From the NCBI GenBank assembly GCA_002633005.1, contig NMRA01000401.1, forward strand, positions 1-64,000: 64,000 bases of DNA, in the 5' to 3' direction. This DNA is from Phoronis australis. Lineage: Eukaryota; Animalia; Phoronida. Position numbers and translations under genes: made by a program. The notes under the pieces were generated by a model that was not told where the DNA came from, did not search any database, and worked only from the letters and a program-made list of their open reading frames with translations. Of this stretch, positions 57,770-64,000 are shown piece by piece. Within the stretch, counting starts at the first letter, position 1. Each line of letters opens with the position of its first letter.

Positions 57770-60700
57770 ACTGCCGCCCATTCGGCAATAGTGACGTCAA
57801 CATCCGATGGTGCGACAATTTATGCCTTGGACACCGGGACGTTTTGTCACTTCCTTACTGGACAATATGTGCCACAGCACTGGCAGGTAGTTTGCTTTCC
57901 ACGTTTTTTTGGTTCATAGCCGCAGATCCTGATCAAGTCAGGGATTACAAACAATTGTTAGAAAACCCCAAAACGAGGCTGTAGCAAGGGGTGAAAACAG
58001 TAGTAATGATGACGATAACGATGACGATGATGATCAGACTATACTTAAAATGTATGTACCAAGGCCGTCAGAACATGATTTTCAGTGCGCGGCAAGTGGC
58101 AACACTTATAAACACGCCCGAAGCCAAGCTCGTTTGCAGGAGGGTCGATTTTGCAAACAGGGACCTTGGGAATCTAAAAATGTGTTTGAAGGCGTACCGC
58201 TGGAAAGGATCCATATTTTCCATATTGGAAAATATTTACATGTACAACTAAGAAGAGAGAACATGTGCCCCTCTCGCCCTACATTTTCCATATTGTTTCT
58301 GGGCCCCAAATATGGATTTTCCATGGACCCCAGGCTAGAACCCAAGGGACACCGGAGGTTCGAGTTCCAATGACATAGAGGAGAAAATTCAAAAAGTCCA
58401 ACCTTCCGAATTTTAAAGCCAAACTCATGGAAATATACAAATTAATAGTTTGACAATTTGTAGCATTTGGGTAGTTAATCTTTGGTATCTTACACACTAC
58501 CCTCGGAGGTGCTAGTTCCAAACGCCAAAGTTCAGTAATTTGAACTCTTGCATCTGGACCAAGACCTCCGTGGCATGAGAATGGTCGAGATTGATGAAAA
58601 TTTTAAACTCTCCTTAGTTAAACACGGTTACGGGCCTGGATTCTGATTGGATGTCTACTTATCCAGATTCCACCAGTTCATGTCTGTTTCACTGTATCCT
58701 CCTTCCCAGAATTTTTTGCTCTTCTATTCAACCAGCGATGTTGCACCTTATGCAAAACAAAAGGACGGACATTAGGTGACTAATCCTAAGCAAAACCACG
58801 AATAAGCAACCGTTTCCAAACCTTCAAGAAATCTCTAACAGGAAGAACTTGAAACATCACAACTTTTTGGGAAACCACGCGTCAAACAGCCTTGAGGGTG
58901 CGTTTTGAAAACGAAAATCATCATTTTCATAACACTTTTCATAACTGGCATTGAATGCTTCGAAGGAAACAACCTTTTTTTGCATAATGCCAAGTAGTTT
59001 CTCTTTATTTGACTGGGTAAGGAAAATGCATTCGCAAACAAAGAATTTGGCCCGCTGTTCCTATTTCTGAATTTACTGAGGCTGAAGTGACGGTGGTTGG
59101 AGTTTTTAAACCTGCGTTTCGTCAGTATTTAGCTGACAAAAACAAATGAATTAAGTCACTTCGCTTTATACAAAGGTTTCATAATAGTCTTTTACGAAAA
59201 AGAACCTAAAAACACAAGCTACTCAAAAAACGCTTCAAATTTTTTGAGGTTAGGCAACATTAAACAGACCCCATAATGCGCATTCCCAGTCCACAAGACA
59301 TTACGTGAGTGCAGTCGAAGTCGGACATTCTTTTACAGTGTACTTTGGCTTTGGGTACGCCAGGCCGATAACGCCAGCTTGAACGAATTTCCCCCGATTA
59401 CAGCATGGGTGGAGGTGATATTTGTAGTGCGTATGAATGCAGTCGTCAACTTGTGCGTGAATTTTTTGGCTTGCCGGATCATCAACCAAGCTTCAACATC
59501 GGCACTAGACGTGATTTCAGGGGTGCGTCGATTTAGTTTGGCAAAAAAATGGTTTAGAGTCAAGAAAAGAAAAGATGAGCAAAGCGCGCTTTTCGAATAA
59601 AAGTTTCTAATTTTAAAATTTCTCTCGGTTGTGAAAGTTTGGACTGACCATAATTGTGGGCTTTCTCGGTACTGTAATCCTATTTTACTTTCATATTTTC
59701 AGATGTTGTTTTGCGGAAAGGGGTATAAATCTGAAGGAGCTGAACTTTACACATTCAGTTTGATGCAGCAGTACTCCCGAACATCTCTTACTAATACGTT
59801 TTATCAGTTATATACTTGACGTTTCAGAAGCAGGATTGTCGCTAATTTTTTTTTTGTCCGTGGAAGTATTGCAATTTTAAAATCTAATAACTCACATACT
59901 CACCATATAACGGGATCGAAATTTCGGACGAGCCCAATTAAGCGATTTCGTCAACAATACCGAGTGTAAAAATTGCAGGTGGTTGTAGCTCTATATTCAG
60001 TGAATGACCAAATAATTTTAAGCAAAAACTTAATTTTCAGAACAACTGGTTGGTCCCTAGTCGGTAAAACAACTCTTAAAGAGTTCCCATAATGCCTTTC
60101 CTTACTTTTTGAGGTTTCAGTTAGCTGATATGAAATAGATATAATGAAATCTAACTAAATAAGCACTTTTCATGCCAAATAGTGGGGAGTCTTTTTAATT
60201 TTGAAGAAAAACTTATTTGTTATTTTCAAGTTTCCCGCAAAATGATGTAATGGGGGGCAGACGTTTGGTCACTTGACTATCCATTGCGGAACACAGCAGA
60301 TCAGAAGACAAGGACAATTTTGAGCGAGAAATGGACAATTATTTTGCAAACAGAAGGACCAAACAGTGAATTCGATTTCCCACTTAGCGAACTTTTGTCG
60401 GCTTTGAGGCCATATGAACGCGACCTGCACGAGACATGCAGCAGACATATATATATATGAGCCACAACCAACGGAACCAAGGCAAGGTTAATATTCACAA
60501 AATAGACACTTTATAATCACTGACAAAGGCCACATTAAACCTGGGTCACTCGTATTCCCTGTTGCACGGTCTAAACACAACGCATACGTCTCGCCGAAGC
60601 ACTCGATCTAGTGGGCCACGTGTCTGGACGGAGGTGGAAAGCCTGACATCATTCGCCTTAGATTGGAAGCAGTTTGTTCGTTATTAATAAAATTTGCAAG

Positions 60701-61493
60701 TGCACTTACAAGGTGTCGAGTCCTTCATCGTAACGCTGCTTTTGTGTTTGGTCGAAACACGATTCCTTGAATGAAATATGCCGAACAAAGTATGGCTCCC
60801 GACCGAATCGTAGGCCTATGTCAACCTTCCACAGTCATTTCACCTTCTCGTACGGCGCACAAACCGATGCCATTTCTGTGCAACTTTCACGTCTTTAGAA
60901 AATTCGAAGACAGAAACATTCTCGGTTAAGTTGGACCCTCCAAAAACGCACCTTTTCATGTCTGAAAAAGGCGGCTCTCCGCGGACTTTCCTCACAACTC
61001 CTTAGTATCACACTGGTAAAAACTACAACGGCGGAGACGGTCTTCCACCCATTACGTACAACCCCGATAACTGAAAAATATCTTTTTTAATCTGTTTGGC
61101 GTGCTTCTTATCAACAGGTAGACTAAAGGCTATTAAATCTCTTTAAGACGTATCAACAAAATTCTTTTTGAGACACCGGCAGGGTCGTGACGGGAACTCT
61201 TCAAACTTTACTCTAAAGTGTAGAATTAAGTCATGAATAGCACTCGACACTCGAATTGCACATAAAATATAAACCTGGACGCGTCGAAATTGCGATCGCG
61301 TGGACACTCTTATCTGCGGAAATAATACGGCGAATATAACTGCACTAGTTATTCACACGAAGATTCGACTTTTTACTTTTTGCATTTTTTCCATCTTTAA
61401 CCCTGCCGGTGAACTCGTGAACTGAAGCATTCGGGTCACTATTATTAAAATCTCTTGGTCTATTTACACCGACCTTTAGTTTATTTACACTGT

Positions 61494-61535
61494 CACGACG
61501 TTTCGGTCGGTCTATTCTCCGGCCATCGTCAGGTG
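61494..61535 (-). ncRNA. Minimal type I hammerhead ribozyme motif (Penelope-type)
   Basis: CAC-CUGACGA-U-GGCCGG-AGAAUAGA-CCGACC-GAAA-CG-UC^GUG: intact core, stem I CAC/GUG, stem II 5 of 6 pairs, palindromic ACGU stem III. Confidence 0.72.
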
Positions 61536-61608
61536 TTCCCGCCTTCGTTCGATTACGGATATATGTGGTACACTCATTGTGTGATTTTTTTTGCCCTAGG
61601 CAGATAAT

Positions 61609-61647
61609 TCGAGTCCAGCACCTTAGTAACCACTACACCACGGAGTC
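61609..61647 (-). mobile_element. tRNA-derived 5' fragment (A-box TGGTGTAGTGG) inside the Penelope insertion
   Basis: GACTCCGTGGTGTAGTGGTTACTAAGGTGCTGGACTCGAA; no B-box or 3' half. Confidence 0.5.
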
Positions 61648-64000
61648 ATCCATTTACTTAGAGGGAATTTTATTATACTTAAACCTTCCTAAGTAGACTG
61701 AGCCAGGTGTCACTTGGTTGTTTGCTTGGCTGACTGAAGACATTGCCTTGTGTACTTTCATGTATATGATTTCTTTGATCTTTCTCTTGGTCCAACCTGT
61801 TTCACTGTCAAGTATTCGGATGTTATTCCACTGGATATTGTGTTGTAAATAGACTAGAGGTCTAGACCAAGAGATTTTAATAATATTTGTAATACGCCAC
61901 CACCTCAGAGCGGTTTTAGAAACTCATTCGGGTCACTCTGCAAATGGCACACGATTTGATTCGTCGTTGTTGTAGAAAGGTAAAACGAGGAAAAATATAA
62001 CCGGTAAGACCGTTTGCAGTTTCTTGATAAGTCAAGGAAGTATGATTTGATAAGTACTAACACATTGAACAAGAAATTTCAGCCCATTCTTTTGGTTTAT
62101 GTCCATTTCACCAATCGGTGAAAAGCCTTCCGATGACCCTTCCGACCATTGGCTTGTTTGTCACCCTAACTAATTTTTCATTTTAAACAGTCATTGCCAT
62201 GTGATCAAAGTACTAAAGTGGCACAATTACAAACACACATTGATGATCTTTTGATCTTGCAAATCAAATAACTTAGTGCCCCGATACATTATTAATCCAG
62301 CACGCGCTTTTTATATGATTTGGCCTTGCGCGCAAAATAATGTGAAAGAAATTTGAAAGTGATGTACGCAATTTCATATATTAGCGCATTGTGTGTACGC
62401 ATTTCCTGTGAATTGTTGCTTCCAATTTCAGATCGGTTTCTGTGGTAATATTTGTTTAAAACCCAAACGCTTTGGTTTAGAATGCAACACTGACAACTAA
62501 ACAGCGGCGAAAGCCCTTTTTAAGCTAGGGAGAGGCCGGGGTTGGGCAATCGCAATCGCTTGTTTAATCTCAAGATGGTTTGAACTAACTCGAATTCCAT
62601 TTTTAATCCGACATTCCAAGTTCACACAACCAAACAAATAAGGGTATCTTAGAACTTGACGTAGTTGATCTAGCACACAAAATTTACGTGCGATTGCTAA
62701 TTAATACATGCATTCAAAAGTTCAATGCGTACTCGCTTGGAGGACATGCAAGAAAAACTTAAGCAAGTGTCGTATCAATGAACACAACGACGAGAAAAGT
62801 TCAATCGTTCATCTAGGCGTCAACGTAAAAATCATATGATTCATGATTGTTACGACTGGTGTTCCAAGAAACAGTCAATCAAAAGTGGACCAAGGCTTTA
62901 TTATGTTTGAAAATTGAAAATAGTTGCCGATTGATCGCTCAAATATGAAATTGAGTGAAGTCAAGGGTGAATGACCGCAGTGGAGGTTACAGATTTAATC
63001 TTTATGCTCGCGAAAAAAGATTTCGAATGTCTGAAATTCGTTAGAAAAACGACGGTTGTATTTAGGGACACCAAAGTTGGTATGATATGAAGTAGTGTAC
63101 ACGACACGGAACTTGACGAACAAAATCATGAGCTTGTATAATGTCGCTTGGGCGAAAATATATGTCAAGTGCGACAATAGTATATATGTCACAGCATGTG
63201 TGCCTTTTAATGATTTCCATTGCCATTGGCCAAAATTTGCGAAGCGACCGGAGCAACTAAGCGGGGTCCGATCTAATCTTTGTACTCGAAATCTAAGTGA
63301 CTCTAAAATTTGACATTTACTTTAATTTTATGCTCAAGACATTAATGTCTGTTATTCCGCAATAGAGTACATTATGTTTTATGCATGCGAGTTTCCGGTC
63401 CAAGTCCGCACTTGGTGCCCCTATAGACTTGACCTTTAGCCTTAAGGTTGGGGTCGCCAAGTCCAAACTATACAGTTATTCACGTATTAATAAATTAACC
63501 AGAGCAAGGGGACAAGGGAGAGCCTGATGAAGTAGGGTCAGCCGGTGTGTCTTTGCCGACCTCAACCATTTCATCTTCCTATGGGTTCTGATGTAAGCAA
63601 AAACATGTACGCTCAGCCCATGAGGAAGATAATACACTTTTCCATCTGAATTCAGTGCCATTTTTTGTTCAACATATAACACTTTAAGACGAAACGTTTA
63701 CACGGCACTCTTCATGATAACAGGAAATGCTCTTTCGTTATTCTTTCGCCTGTTCTTAGTTAAGCTTTCCGTTTCTTCGTTAGTAATAAACACAGCCCCG
63801 TCACGTTACTCCACCCGTCGTTTTAATTGCGTCTCGTGCGTTAACTTGATTTAAGGGAAAGCGACTACAGTACACTGACCTGCAGTTTTCCAATGAGCCC
63901 CTATAATTTATTGTTAACCTATTGAAGCCCACTCCGTCTCCTCATTATAAGTTACATTATTAAAAGTTCTCGAATCCACTGACCACACCTGCATGTTGTA

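Larger units (their letters stand above)
61441..61924 (-). mobile_element. 5'-truncated, 5'-inverted Penelope-like retroelement insertion with 13-bp TSD
   Basis: cattcgggtcact at 61428-61440 and 61925-61937; GIY-YIG tail HNIQWNNIRILDSETGWTKRKIKEIIYMK at 61745-61842 (-); inverted pLTR piece 61843-61924; hammerhead in the pLTR. Confidence 0.88.

Noticed and set aside
57930-58373. Asp-rich stretch and 107-aa ORF as a new gene
   Set aside because: Driven by a short (GAT/GAC)n microsatellite; no recognisable domain or consistent splice structure
59301-60500. Short protein-like ORFs
   Set aside because: No motifs, splice support or partner exons found
61609-61647. tRNA gene
   Set aside because: Only a 5' half with an A-box; no T-arm, B-box or acceptor stem partner
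1-64000. CRISPR arrays, operons or prokaryotic defence systems
   Set aside because: Spliceosomal introns and eukaryotic transposons throughout; no regularly spaced repeat-spacer array seen

Overview
AT-rich, intron-containing animal (probably marine invertebrate) genomic DNA from a draft assembly, with an 800-nt N gap (4721-5520) and single-N joins (13873, 21779, 28416). No prokaryotic systems, CRISPR arrays, rRNA or intact tRNA genes are seen. Three host genes were reconstructed by hand from splice sites. (1) The last two exons of a WAP/four-disulfide-core protein gene (+, 866-1893). (2) A complete 9-coding-exon MTHFR gene (+, 17082-28108, about 664 aa); exons 6-7 and the end of the last exon each appear twice next to single-N joins, most likely uncollapsed haplotypes. 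(3) A complete 10-exon secreted protein gene (-, 33892-52662, about 620 aa) with the compact architecture signal peptide-VWA-VWD(GDPH)-C8-TIL-TILa. The rest is largely transposon-derived: a decayed near-full-length L1/Tx1 LINE, an RTE LINE 5' remnant, an intron-containing hAT transposase fossil, a probable Academ element, an ISL2EU/Harbinger remnant, several MITE families, and Penelope-like fragments carrying minimal hammerhead ribozyme motifs. The best leads are the VWA-VWD protein, the Penelope hammerheads, and an i-4 serine ladder with a degron-like motif at the MTHFR N-terminus. None can be called novel without database searches.
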